In this document: positions 7,757-16,590 of the stretch, piece after piece
Layout of the letters: each line of letters starts with the position of its first letter
Numbering within the stretch: the first letter of the stretch is position 1
From: an uncultured Candidatus Saccharibacteria bacterium
Lineage (GTDB): Bacteria; Patescibacteriota; Saccharimonadia; Saccharimonadales; Saccharimonadaceae
NCBI GenBank assembly: GCA_963530755.1
Contig: CAUSEU010000001.1
Location: forward strand, 1 to 61,019
Direction: 5' to 3'
Length of the DNA stretch: 61,019 nt
Translations under genes and position numbers: made by a program
Notes under the pieces: generated by a model
Databases searched by the model: none
Told to the model about the DNA's origin: nothing
Seen by the model: only the letters and a program-made list of their open reading frames with translations

Positions 7757-9340
7757 ATGAAAAAAACAAATACCAAATATATCTTTGTCACGGGAGGAGT
7801 GATCTCCGGAGTAGGTAAGGGGATAGCTGCCGCCAGCATAGGGGCGATCCTTAAAGGTAAAGGACTCAAGGTCAGCATCCAGAAGTGCGACCCCTATCTC
7901 AACGTTGATGCCGGGCTACTTAACCCGGCTGAACACGGCGAATGCTTCGTGACGAAAGACGGCGCAGAGACTGACCTTGACCTAGGTCATTACGAGCGGT
8001 TTCTCGACGAAGAAACGACCAAGGACTCTATCACTCTATCCGGCAAACTCTACCAGGAACTGATCAAAAAGGAGCGTTCGGGCGGCTTTCACGGCAAGAC
8101 CGTCCAGCTGGTTCCTCATCTGACAGACACTATCCACCAGTCAATTCTCAGAGCTAGCCAAGGAAGCGATGTTCACCTGGTCGAGATCGGTGGCACGATC
8201 GGCGATTACGAGGGGCTGGCTTTCGTCGAGGCCATCCGTACTTTCTCCAGCCTCGTCGGGCAGCAGAATTGTCTCTATGTCTCGGTCGTCTATGTACCGT
8301 GGCTCAAAATCAGCCAGGAGTTTAAGACTAAACCGGCTCAGAATGCCCTGCAAGACCTCAGAGGTTTTGGTATCATCCCTGATATCGTCTTAGCCCGCAC
8401 CGAGAAGATGGCGCCCCGAGCCATCGCCGATAAGATCGCCCGCTTCGCTAATATTCCTAAGCAGGCAGTGGTAATCTTACCCGACATCAAGTCAGTCTAC
8501 GACGTACCCTTTAATCTACTTAAGAGTGATATCGCAGAAGTATTAAACCAGTTTGTCAATATAGACAACCAGCCCGATATGTCGGCTTGGGAGAAGCTCC
8601 GCCGGATTAGCAGTCAACGCTATGACCGAACGGTAACTGTCGGGCTGGTAGCTAAGTATACCGACAATACCGATACCTATATCTCGGTGACCGAGGCACT
8701 CAAAGCTGCTTCGTATGCTAACCAAATCAACTTGGAGCTCAAGTGGCTCAATGCTGAGACGGTGACTGACGAAGAGTTAGCCTCAGTTGATGGCATCTTA
8801 GTACCGGGCGGCTTCGGCACACGAGGGCTGGAAGGTAAGATCAAAGCAGCTAGTTACGCCCTGGCTCACGACAAACCCTACCTTGGATTATGCCTAGGTC
8901 TCCAGATGGCAGCCATCGCCGCAGCTAGGCGAGGTGGACTGGAAAAAGCAACCAGCACTGAGATTGACCCCCAGTCAAGAGATAACGTCATCTATATCAT
9001 GAATGACCAGAAGGGTAAAGAATCAACCGGCGGCACAATGCGCCTGGGTAATTACCCGGCTAAACTGATTGCTGGTAGCCAAGTAGCTCAGATCTACGGT
9101 ACAACCGCAGTGACCGAGCGTCATCGTCATCGCTATGAAGTCAACCCAGCTTTCCTTAGCTATATTAATGACGGCGGACTGATCGTCTCCGGTACATCGC
9201 CGGATGGTCGTCTAGTTGAATTCATCGAAGCACCTCGGCATCGCTTCTTCATCGCTACTCAGGCTCACCCCGAGTTTCGCTCCCGTCCTATGCGACCGCA
9301 TCCGCTATTCACTGCCTTCATCCGGGCGCTGTCAATTTAA
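7757..9340 (+). CDS. pyrG: CTP synthase
   Basis: KYIFVTGGVISGVGKG, DPYLNVD, HGECFVT, GLCLGLQ (catalytic Cys), ERHRHRYE, QAHPEF. Start placed at ATG 7757 after SD GAGGGA. Confidence 0.97.
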   Translation: MKKTNTKYIFVTGGVISGVGKGIAAASIGAILKGKGLKVSIQKCDPYLNVDAGLLNPAEHGECFVTKDGAETDLDLGHYERFLDEETTKDSITLSGKLYQELIKKERSGGFHGKTVQLVPHLTDTIHQSILRASQGSDVHLVEIGGTIGDYEGLAFVEAIRTFSSLVGQQNCLYVSVVYVPWLKISQEFKTKPAQNALQDLRGFGIIPDIVLARTEKMAPRAIADKIARFANIPKQAVVILPDIKSVYDVPFNLLKSDIAEVLNQFVNIDNQPDMSAWEKLRRISSQRYDRTVTVGLVAKYTDNTDTYISVTEALKAASYANQINLELKWLNAETVTDEELASVDGILVPGGFGTRGLEGKIKAASYALAHDKPYLGLCLGLQMAAIAAARRGGLEKATSTEIDPQSRDNVIYIMNDQKGKESTGGTMRLGNYPAKLIAGSQVAQIYGTTAVTERHRHRYEVNPAFLSYINDGGLIVSGTSPDGRLVEFIEAPRHRFFIATQAHPEFRSRPMRPHPLFTAFIRALSI

Positions 9341-9369
9341 GCTAATCTCTGCTAGAATAACTGCTAGCT

Positions 9370-9462
9370 GGAGGAGTACCCAAGTGGCTGAAGGGGACGG
9401 TTTGCTAAATCGTTAGGTTGGAGAAATCTGGCGCGGGAGTTCGAATCTCCCCTCCTCCGCCA
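9370..9462 (+). tRNA. tRNA-Ser(GCT)
   Basis: GGAGGAG...ACGGT-TT-GCT-AA-ATCGT, long variable arm, GTTCGAATC, CTCCTCCGCCA. Confidence 0.95.
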
Positions 9463-9498
9463 AGTAATTATTTAACTAGCTTATGCTATAATGAGTCT

Positions 9499-10140
9499 AT
9501 GCAAGATAGTGGATCAGGCAATACGCCTCTTTCGCCTATAGAAGGCCAAGACAAACAAGCACCTCTGCCACCGATGGGGCAGGGTAATACGACTCAACCG
9601 ACAAGTAGCACTCCGACGAGCGGTCAAACATCGTCAGTTGCCGATCAGGTACCGGACTTACCACCGATCACCTGGACGGCCAGTAGCTCGATATCGCCTC
9701 AGCGGAGTAAAAAATGGTATCAGATCGCCGCTGCAATATTCAGCCTGGTGCTCGTCTTTATCATAGTCATGGTCGCCATCAAGAGGATGGAGCTGGTCTC
9801 TGCGATTACCATCGCCGTCCTACTGATAGTGATGTACATCGCCCTAGTCAGCTCGGCTAAGCTACCAAGCAGGGTAGTCAAGTATACTGTCTCCGGTAAA
9901 GGGATAGACATTAACGACAAATTGCACCCCTATAGCGAGTTTCACTCTTTCGGCGTCCGCCGGAGCGACAAGCTGTGGCAACTGGTCTTAATACCCAACC
10001 GCCAATTCGGTATGGAAGTCACGCCATATATTAGCGAGACCGATGGTGAAAGAATCGTCGATATGCTAGCTAACTTCTTGCCGATGGAGGAAGTGCCCGA
10101 GCGGGGTATTGATAAGCTCATCCGCTACCTCAAGCTGTAA
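9499..10140 (+). CDS. Hypothetical membrane protein (two TM helices, small C-terminal soluble domain)
   Basis: The ORF-track start (9418) lies inside the tRNA; ATG 9499 follows TGCTATAAT by 6 nt. Confidence 0.75.
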   Translation: MQDSGSGNTPLSPIEGQDKQAPLPPMGQGNTTQPTSSTPTSGQTSSVADQVPDLPPITWTASSSISPQRSKKWYQIAAAIFSLVLVFIIVMVAIKRMELVSAITIAVLLIVMYIALVSSAKLPSRVVKYTVSGKGIDINDKLHPYSEFHSFGVRRSDKLWQLVLIPNRQFGMEVTPYISETDGERIVDMLANFLPMEEVPERGIDKLIRYLKL

Positions 10141-10161
10141 GCATGCTATACTAACAGTCGG

Positions 10162-10251
10162 GGAAGGGTGCAGGAGTGGTTGATCTGGTCGCTCTCGAAA
10201 AGCGATAAGACCGCAAGGTCTTCGAGGGTTCGAATCCCTCCTCTTCCGCCA
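10162..10251 (+). tRNA. tRNA-Ser(CGA)
   Basis: GGAAGGG...TCGCT-CT-CGA-AA-AGCGA, variable arm AAGACCGCAAGGTCTT, GTTCGAATCC, CTCTTCCGCCA. Confidence 0.95.
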
Positions 10252-10293
10252 AATTATAGACATTATTCATCATGCCCCAAATGGTTCTAGCGG

Positions 10294-10995
10294 CTATTGA
10301 GGCTGAGTTAAGATGGCTACAGCAGTAATATGTCTAACACCGGCTTTTTTAAGAAGTCCGGCAGCTCTGATCATGGTCGAGCCGGTTGTCCAGATATCAT
10401 CAAGCAGTAGAACACTCCTCGGGATATTATCATTGACCGGCTGATCATAGGCGGGGGAGAGAACTAGCGACTTACTAATCAGACGACGCCGCTCTGGAGC
10501 GCTTAGCCGGTGCTGAGATAAGTTGTCTGTCCTCATGAGAATACGGTCAGCTACTGCCAGCTGACGCCTCCTAGCTAATTGCTTCGCCACTAGGAGCATA
10601 TGATCAAATCCTCGCTCTCTAATATGGCTAGCTACCGTAGGAATAGGGACGATTACCGTCTCTGCCGGCAGGTCGCCCAGCCGCAGATCAATCAGTCCAG
10701 CTAAGACCTGCGCCGAGGCCACTTCGCTATGAAACTTATAGCCGTCAACCAGGCGTTTTAGCGATCCCTGCCTAGGAGCGATAGAGATCAACCTGGTGAA
10801 ACAAGATAGTGCTTTATGACAATTAGGACAGAGGTTATCCGGTGAGCATCTACCACGGCAGTTCAAGCAAACGGAGTACGGCTGCTTAGCTACGTCATAA
10901 ATACAACGCTTGCAATAAGTACTACCTACAACACCGCAACGCTTACAAATATGGGGTGAAAGTAGCCCAAGCAAATCGTCTAACAGTAGTAGCAT
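10294..10995 (-). CDS. comF: ComF-family competence protein (double zinc ribbon + PRTase)
   Basis: CxxC clusters, RERGFDH, LLLDDIWTTGSTM. Start trimmed to avoid overlap with hsp20 (start uncertain). Confidence 0.85.
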   Translation of the reverse strand: MLLLLDDLLGLLSPHICKRCGVVGSTYCKRCIYDVAKQPYSVCLNCRGRCSPDNLCPNCHKALSCFTRLISIAPRQGSLKRLVDGYKFHSEVASAQVLAGLIDLRLGDLPAETVIVPIPTVASHIRERGFDHMLLVAKQLARRRQLAVADRILMRTDNLSQHRLSAPERRRLISKSLVLSPAYDQPVNDNIPRSVLLLDDIWTTGSTMIRAAGLLKKAGVRHITAVAILTQPQ

Positions 10996-11103
10996 TGTCT
11001 TTTTTACACTTCTAACAGCACTCCGGTAGTTGTCAATCAGTGGTAACTTAGTTATAATTATGCCATAAACGCTGACATTATGTAAGCGAATGTAAGGAGG
11101 AGA

Positions 11104-11583
11104 ATGGCGAGAGGACAACAAGGCGATGATCTACTGATTGATGGCTTGGATGGCGATTTAGCTAAGGCACTATTCAGCACTGATGATCCCGCCGATAATT
11201 CCGGTAACGGTAATCAGACTGTAGCGAGTAACAGCCGAGATGGTGAATACGACTCGGTACCGGGTCAGCTGGCAGTAGACGTGTATGAGACGCCGGAGCA
11301 GCTGATAGTTAAGGCTCGGACGGCCGGCGTTAACAAGAACGACCTGGACGTTAGTATCGCTGACGGTGTGCTGACCATTAGCGGCACACTGAGCAGCGGT
11401 GATGATAGCGATGCTACTCACTGGCATGTCCAAGAGTGCTACTGGGGAGAGTTCAGTCGAACACTGGTCCTGCCTGTAGCGGTCAAAGAGGACGAGGTCA
11501 AGGCTGTACTGAAGGATGGCGTACTAACCATCGCCTTTAATAAGGTCAAGCAGGAGCAGGCTCGTAAGATCCAGATCCAGTAG
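11104..11583 (+). CDS. Hsp20/alpha-crystallin small heat shock protein
   Basis: AVDVYET...GVLTISG...ECYWGEFSRTLVLP...A.LKDGVLTI; SD AAGGAGG. Confidence 0.92.
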   Translation: MARGQQGDDLLIDGLDGDLAKALFSTDDPADNSGNGNQTVASNSRDGEYDSVPGQLAVDVYETPEQLIVKARTAGVNKNDLDVSIADGVLTISGTLSSGDDSDATHWHVQECYWGEFSRTLVLPVAVKEDEVKAVLKDGVLTIAFNKVKQEQARKIQIQ

Positions 11584-11607
11584 CTTTTAGGCATAGCTAC
11601 ACGAAGT

Positions 11608-11634
11608 AAAGCGGTGAGATAATCACCGCTTTTT
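11608..11634. terminator. Bidirectional intrinsic terminator between hsp20 and the pilin array
   Basis: AAAGCGGTGA-gataa-TCACCGCTTTTT. Confidence 0.8.
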
Positions 11635-11693
11635 AATGTCTTTATCACCCTTTAGTTCCGGTACTTAGTGACACAATCCTCAGACGGCAATCC

Positions 11694-12134
11694 CTAAGCC
11701 AGCAGGGAAGTAATCAGCATCGTCACTGTAGCTGAGGAGCCATTAGCAGCCCCGCCAGCCCCAACTACCGAGACTACCCAGCCGACTACCGCATAACCAA
11801 GGATAGCTACTACCAAACCGACGATTGAGTACATGATAGTATGCATGGCATCTTTCACCTTAGCGTTATCGCCGCCCGATAAGACATAGCGGATACCGCC
11901 ATAGATGATCATAAAGATAGACAAGATACCGACAATGAAGAGCATCAGATTAATAATCCTCGGTATGATGGCTGACTGACCATTAAATAGGTTCGATGGC
12001 TGACCCTCACCCCGGTACGGTCCGGAGAAGACATCAGTCAGAGAAAGTGCCGACGCCGTCAGAGAGCCCACCATCGACAGTACGCCAGCCAAAGCTAACC
12101 CTGCGGTAGATTTAGATGGTAGGCTTCTCGACAT
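11694..12134 (-). CDS. T4SS pilin (VirB2/TrbC-like)
   Basis: Signal peptide + IINLMLFIVG...IIYGGIRYVLSGGD.AKVKDA.HTIMYSIVGLVVAILGYA two-helix pilin core. Confidence 0.85.
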   Translation of the reverse strand: MSRSLPSKSTAGLALAGVLSMVGSLTASALSLTDVFSGPYRGEGQPSNLFNGQSAIIPRIINLMLFIVGILSIFMIIYGGIRYVLSGGDNAKVKDAMHTIMYSIVGLVVAILGYAVVGWVVSVVGAGGAANGSSATVTMLITSLLA

Positions 12135-12159
12135 AGTTTAGTTCCTCACTCTCTTAAAC

Positions 12160-12576
12160 TTAATTCGTCTTAAACTGACTGAAGACCCAGTTGACCAGAG
12201 CGTAGGCTAGGATAGCAACGATCAAACCTACGACTGAGTAAATAATAGTCTGGCGAGCACTCTCAACCTGCTTCTCGTCGCCATGAGCGGTCACGAACCT
12301 GATGCCGGCGTAGATGATCATGATCACTGCTAGTAAACCGACGATGAAGAGCATGGTATTAATGATAGTAGTGATAACACCCTGATTGCCATCTAATTCC
12401 TTAGCTTGACCCGGACCTCGACTACAGTCATCCTGTAAAGCACCCTCCATGCCTTTCTTAGGGTCACAGGCTGCCTGAGCAGGCAAGCTGGATAAAGCGC
12501 CTAGCCCGGTCATCACTAGTGCCATGCTAGCTACTACGACGAAGCCCGCCATAACCTTCTTAAACATATTCTTCAT
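12160..12576 (-). CDS. T4SS pilin (VirB2/TrbC-like); candidate major pilin
   Basis: Same pilin core; Cys pair in the N-terminal part; own promoter and strong SD. Confidence 0.85.
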   Translation of the reverse strand: MKNMFKKVMAGFVVVASMALVMTGLGALSSLPAQAACDPKKGMEGALQDDCSRGPGQAKELDGNQGVITTIINTMLFIVGLLAVIMIIYAGIRFVTAHGDEKQVESARQTIIYSVVGLIVAILAYALVNWVFSQFKTN

Positions 12577-12614
12577 TATCTTCCTTCCTCCTATTTTTTC
12601 ATTTTATTTCCATC

Positions 12615-12643
12615 ATTATAGAACAGTCAGTCTGTAATTACAA
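12615..12643 (-). promoter_or_regulatory. Internal sigma70 promoter within the pilin array
   Basis: Minus strand TTGTAA-17 nt-TATAAT upstream of ATG 12576. Confidence 0.6.
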
Positions 12644-12652
12644 TCACCGCCA

Positions 12653-13036
12653 CTACTTAAACGTGTTGAAGATAAAGGTGACCAGAGCGTAGGCCAGGAT
12701 AGCGATGATCAAGCCCGTTACCGAGTAGACGATAGTATCTTTAGCGACCTTGACCTGTTTCTCATCACCATGGGCGGTAATATAGCGGATACCGCCATAG
12801 ATGATCATGATCACCGCTAGCGCCCCGGCGATAAAGAGCATCACATTGATAATAGTAGTGATGATGTCCGGCAGATTCTGATTTGAGCCACCGCCACCAT
12901 TAGCCATATTAGCGCCATTCTGTACCTCATCCTTAGAGTCAGCATATACCGGCAGGCTGACCGGTGATACTGCGGCAAAGACCATGGCTAGGCACATCAC
13001 CGCCGTCAGTACTTTAGCTTTGCTTATCTGTTTCAT
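12653..13036 (-). CDS. T4SS pilin (VirB2/TrbC-like)
   Basis: Pilin core IINVMLFIAGALAVIMIIYGGIRYITAHGDEKQVKVAKDTIVYSV. Confidence 0.85.
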   Translation of the reverse strand: MKQISKAKVLTAVMCLAMVFAAVSPVSLPVYADSKDEVQNGANMANGGGGSNQNLPDIITTIINVMLFIAGALAVIMIIYGGIRYITAHGDEKQVKVAKDTIVYSVTGLIIAILAYALVTFIFNTFK

Positions 13037-13050
13037 CTTCCTCCTTATCC

Positions 13051-13458
13051 TTACAGATTACTCAGCACGAAATTAACTAGAGCGTAGGCCAGGATAGCGA
13101 TAATCAGCCCGATGACTGAATAGGTAACGATCAAGCGAGCACTCTCGACCTGCTTCTCATTACCATGTGCCGTCATGAAGCGAATCGAGCCGTAGATGAT
13201 CATGATCACCGCTAACGCCCCGGCGATGAAGAGTACGATATTGGTAGCATTCTTCAGTGTATTAGATAGACCATCCGGCTTGCTCAGATCTTGGCAAGCA
13301 GCACTGGAGCTATTGAGAGCACAAGGGCAGCCAGCACTAGTCGGATCTGAGATGCAGTCTGCAAAAGCCGGCTGACTAATGGCTAGTGGCAGTGCAGCCA
13401 GAAGTAACACCCCGGCGAAGAAAAAAGACTTGAGCCTGATGGCAAACCTCCGATTCAT
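13051..13458 (-). CDS. T4SS pilin (VirB2/TrbC-like)
   Basis: Pilin core; four Cys in the variable N-terminal part. Confidence 0.85.
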   Translation of the reverse strand: MNRRFAIRLKSFFFAGVLLLAALPLAISQPAFADCISDPTSAGCPCALNSSSAACQDLSKPDGLSNTLKNATNIVLFIAGALAVIMIIYGSIRFMTAHGNEKQVESARLIVTYSVIGLIIAILAYALVNFVLSNL

Positions 13459-13754
13459 TAGCCGATATTCCCCAGTATGAAATTAACCAGAGCAGCAGCC
13501 AGCACGATGACGATGAGTCCGATGACGGTAACCGTAAGAGCTTTCGTAGCTAAGGTAGCCTTCTTGGTATCACCACCGGCTGTCATGTACATGATACCCG
13601 AGACTATGATCATGATCACCGCTAACGCCCCCGCCACAAAGAAAGCGACATTAAAGCCACCCGAGACAACCTTGTCCGGCTCAAGCTGCGGTAGGTCTAT
13701 CTGACCATTAGGTACATTCTTGACTGCGGCTGCTATCAGTATATCTTTTGCCAT
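13458..13754 (-). CDS. T4SS pilin (VirB2/TrbC-like), short, no evident signal peptide
   Basis: FFVAGALAVIMIIVSGIMYMTAGGDTKKA...IGLIVIVLAAALVNFI core. Confidence 0.8.
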   Translation of the reverse strand: MAKDILIAAAVKNVPNGQIDLPQLEPDKVVSGGFNVAFFVAGALAVIMIIVSGIMYMTAGGDTKKATLATKALTVTVIGLIVIVLAAALVNFILGNIG

Positions 13755-14171
13755 TTACTTCATCCTGCTTACTATAAAAGATATCACAAAGGCAGCCGAT
13801 ACTGCTAAAACTAGCCCGATAATCGCCGAAGTCAGAGCGGTGCGAGCCTTCTTCGTCTTCTCGGCCACACCTTCACCGGTCGACAGCATGAAGAGATAGC
13901 CACTATAGACGATCATCACTGTGGCTATTATACCGACGATCCTCAGTCCCACATCTATCACATTCAGCCCGATGATCATCGCTACCTCACCCAGCTTCTT
14001 ACCGTCTAGGTTGACATGACCGTCATTACAGTCTAGCCCTCGATACCAGGTAGGGAAGCCCATCACCATATCATCACAACTAGCATGAGCCTCACGGACA
14101 GGCAGAGCTACACTTACACTGGTGACTACCAGCGCTAAGACGACGATACTCTTACATAATCTCCTGAGCAT
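13755..14171 (-). CDS. T4SS pilin (VirB2/TrbC-like)
   Basis: Signal peptide, C...GFPTWYRGLDC motif, IVYSGYLFMLSTG...KARTALTSAIIGL core. Confidence 0.8.
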   Translation of the reverse strand: MLRRLCKSIVVLALVVTSVSVALPVREAHASCDDMVMGFPTWYRGLDCNDGHVNLDGKKLGEVAMIIGLNVIDVGLRIVGIIATVMIVYSGYLFMLSTGEGVAEKTKKARTALTSAIIGLVLAVSAAFVISFIVSRMK

Positions 14172-14953
14172 TAGTTAAATAACCCTCCCGGCACGATGTA
14201 CTGTAAGAATGCCCACATCAAGAAGTATAGGACCAAAGCAATGAAAGCGTTCCTGATGATCTCCGTAGCGCTCTTCGCCTTCGCCGCATCACCGGCTGAG
14301 GTAGCATACATGATCGCCCCATAGATGATACCCCCGATCACCGCTATCACCACGCCGGCCGCCAGCCAGTTGGAAATAGTGACCAGTACCGTTAAGATGG
14401 AGTCCTTGTCGTCAACACCGTTACAACCCCAGTCGAAGAAGGTGTGGGCGCTACCACAGGTGCTACCCCCACCAGAGCCACCACCTCCACCATTGCTGCC
14501 ACCATTGCTATTATTGTTGCCGCTATTCTGATTCTGATTGTTGCCCTGATTCTGGTTGTTATTCTGGTTATTGCCTTGATTATCCTTATCCTTATCTGCA
14601 GGTATGGCTCCGCCACCACCGCCACTGGAACTATTATTTCCGCCTCCACTAAAATTACCGCCACCACCGTTGCTATTCTTATTATATCCTCCGTTACTAT
14701 TCTCTTTGCCGGAATTTGGCTTGTTTCTATTTTTTTGCATATCTTCTGTAGCTTTCTGTGCGCCATCAATAGTCTCTTCTCTCGTTGCATTTACCGGATT
14801 GGGGTAACTAAGTACTAGTGTAAAAGATAGTAATAATACTAGACACCCGATAAATGCAAAATTAAGAGCCCATCCTCGCGCTACCACGCCACAACGCAGA
14901 TAAGACGATCCTGTATTACTATTATTTTTGTTTTTTTGGCTCATTAGTTTCAT
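14171..14953 (-). CDS. T4SS pilin with long Gly/Asn/Gln/Ser low-complexity N-terminal extension
   Basis: C-terminal pilin core (IIYGAIMYATSAGDAAKAKSA...FLQYIVPGGLFN) after a G/N/Q-rich linker. Confidence 0.8.
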   Translation of the reverse strand: MKLMSQKNKNNSNTGSSYLRCGVVARGWALNFAFIGCLVLLLSFTLVLSYPNPVNATREETIDGAQKATEDMQKNRNKPNSGKENSNGGYNKNSNGGGGNFSGGGNNSSSGGGGGAIPADKDKDNQGNNQNNNQNQGNNQNQNSGNNNSNGGSNGGGGGSGGGSTCGSAHTFFDWGCNGVDDKDSILTVLVTISNWLAAGVVIAVIGGIIYGAIMYATSAGDAAKAKSATEIIRNAFIALVLYFLMWAFLQYIVPGGLFN

Positions 14954-15034
14954 ACCAGTAATTTATACTAAGGTCACGATCAGTGTCAACCCCTGTACGT
15001 AAAAGTAGACAACATCACGTCATCTCGCTCAAGC

Positions 15035-15180
15035 TTGCTAACTAGCCGGATACGCTGTATAGTAAGCTTAGCCATTATTAGACATATAAGAGGTGGTTAG
15101 GAGGCTATCTTATCCTGAGATAGCTTCCGAAGAAGATCAGTATTATCACAGCTAGTAGGGTAACCTGCTAGTTGTTTTTT
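15035..15180 (+). ncRNA. Putative ~110-nt small RNA or attenuated leader (promoter to terminator)
   Basis: TTGCTA-17-TATAGT (15035-15063); hairpin 15100-15128; GTAA-tetraloop 12-bp hairpin 15148-15175 followed by a T-run. Confidence 0.45.
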
Positions 15181-15218
15181 ACTCTAGTAGAGAGTAGAAA
15201 GAGAGGACACTCTAAGTA

Positions 15219-16523
15219 ATGGAAGGTAATTACAGGCCTACCCACAGCGCTAACAGTACTAACTATAGCTCAGCTCCGACTGATATGGATGGCGCTAACG
15301 CTGTGCCTTTTACTATCTCATATGATCAGGCCAACTTAAATAGCCCTCAGATACCTCAGCAGAGCTATAGCCAGGCCGGTAACTTCGCTTATAACCCTGG
15401 CTACACCCCTGCTTCTTTCAGCCCAGCTCCGGTCGGTCCTCAACTCTCCTATGCTACATCAGATGCCGGCTATGGTAGCGGCAGTAATATAAATATGGGC
15501 TCTCGAGTAGCTGATGCAGTCAGGAATATCGATACCGACCAGATAGCCGGTAATATTGAGTCCGGTATAGGCTATGTCGCTGATAAGGCAGGCGAGTTCA
15601 CCGCTACAGCGAAAGATAAGCTAGCTAACCCGAATCGACGTAAAGCATTAGCCATCATGGGCGGGGCGGTAGCCTCACTAGCCCTGGCTATGAGCCTAGG
15701 TAACGCTGTATTAAATAAGACTAATAGCAGTAGCTACAATCAGACACCACCCACTGCTACGTCTAATAATTCTTCAGCCGAGTCAGACCAAGCAGCAGAA
15801 ATCAAAGATACTGACCCGAATATGAACGTCGAGACCGCCGATAGCGAGCATGACGGTAAGATCAGCTACAAGGTGTACAAGATGTACTTTCCGCCTAATA
15901 GTAGTAGTGGTCAATATGTATTAGACCACGAAGGTGAAGTCAGTACTCAGTATGATGATAATGACTCACTAGACGCACGAAAAGAAATCACAGGGAATGA
16001 TTTACTAGATAAGGCAACAGGTAAGATAAACGCTGATGGATCATTGGACTCCGTCCTCGAAAGTAACCATAGGGTCGTCCGAGATGCCCTAAAAGGATTG
16101 CTAGGTGAATACGGCGATAGCCTCAATAAGAAATATCGAGATAGCTACAGAGCTAACAACGGTAAAGATGTTTACTCAGAGCCATCTGCCGACTCGTTTG
16201 ATGATGCAGCATACGTAATGATAGACTACGACTTAAGTAAGTATCTTCCTGATATTAGAGACTATAGAAGATGTAAAGTACTATATAAGATAGTGAATAG
16301 CTCTGCACAATACACCGCACACTTTGGACAGCGATTCCAATGGTCTATAGGAGCTGCGTCTAAGTACTATACAGGATCAGGCTATGTTGATATTTACGAA
16401 TCCGACTCACTCCCGACGGTTAAGCAAATAATAGAGATAATCAAGAAAGAGAGAAAAGACACCCGTAATAACGAAAATAATAGCATCGACGACGGTTTCA
16501 TTACTATATACAACAGAAGTTAA
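15219..16523 (+). CDS. Hypothetical single-pass membrane protein within the T4SS locus
   Basis: 434-aa ORF; one hydrophobic helix after RRK (~aa 143-165), S/T-rich linker, polar C-terminal domain. Confidence 0.75.
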   Translation: MEGNYRPTHSANSTNYSSAPTDMDGANAVPFTISYDQANLNSPQIPQQSYSQAGNFAYNPGYTPASFSPAPVGPQLSYATSDAGYGSGSNINMGSRVADAVRNIDTDQIAGNIESGIGYVADKAGEFTATAKDKLANPNRRKALAIMGGAVASLALAMSLGNAVLNKTNSSSYNQTPPTATSNNSSAESDQAAEIKDTDPNMNVETADSEHDGKISYKVYKMYFPPNSSSGQYVLDHEGEVSTQYDDNDSLDARKEITGNDLLDKATGKINADGSLDSVLESNHRVVRDALKGLLGEYGDSLNKKYRDSYRANNGKDVYSEPSADSFDDAAYVMIDYDLSKYLPDIRDYRRCKVLYKIVNSSAQYTAHFGQRFQWSIGAASKYYTGSGYVDIYESDSLPTVKQIIEIIKKERKDTRNNENNSIDDGFITIYNRS

Positions 16524-16537
16524 TATACCCACAAGCC

Positions 16538-16575
16538 ATGTAGACAAAGTGAAAATTGACTTTGTCTACATTTTT
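16538..16575 (+). terminator. Intrinsic terminator overlapping the -35 of the VirB6-like gene promoter
   Basis: ATGTAGACAAAGT-8 nt-ACTTTGTCTACAT + TTTT. TTGACT (16556)-17-TAGATT (16579), then 6 nt to ATG 16591. Confidence 0.75.
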
Positions 16576-16590
16576 ATATAGATTATTAGC

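Noticed and set aside
7722..7757. Possible CTP-sensitive start-site switching at pyrG (TCCCT can pair with the SD AGGGA)
   Set aside because: The C-run is only 3-5 nt after the -10 box, probably upstream of the TSS. There is no GGGC-type reiterative-transcription leader or attenuator, so support is too weak.
11015..11041. CIRCE-like CAGCACTC upstream of hsp20
   Set aside because: Half-site only; the second arm is absent at N9 spacing.
12190..13640. Regularly recurring repeats as a CRISPR array
   Set aside because: The repeats are in-frame parts of pilin genes, spaced hundreds of bp apart, and no cas genes are present.
14325..14818. Several overlapping ORFs in alternative frames
   Set aside because: Artefacts of the stop-poor low-complexity G/N/Q linker of the 14171..14953 pilin.
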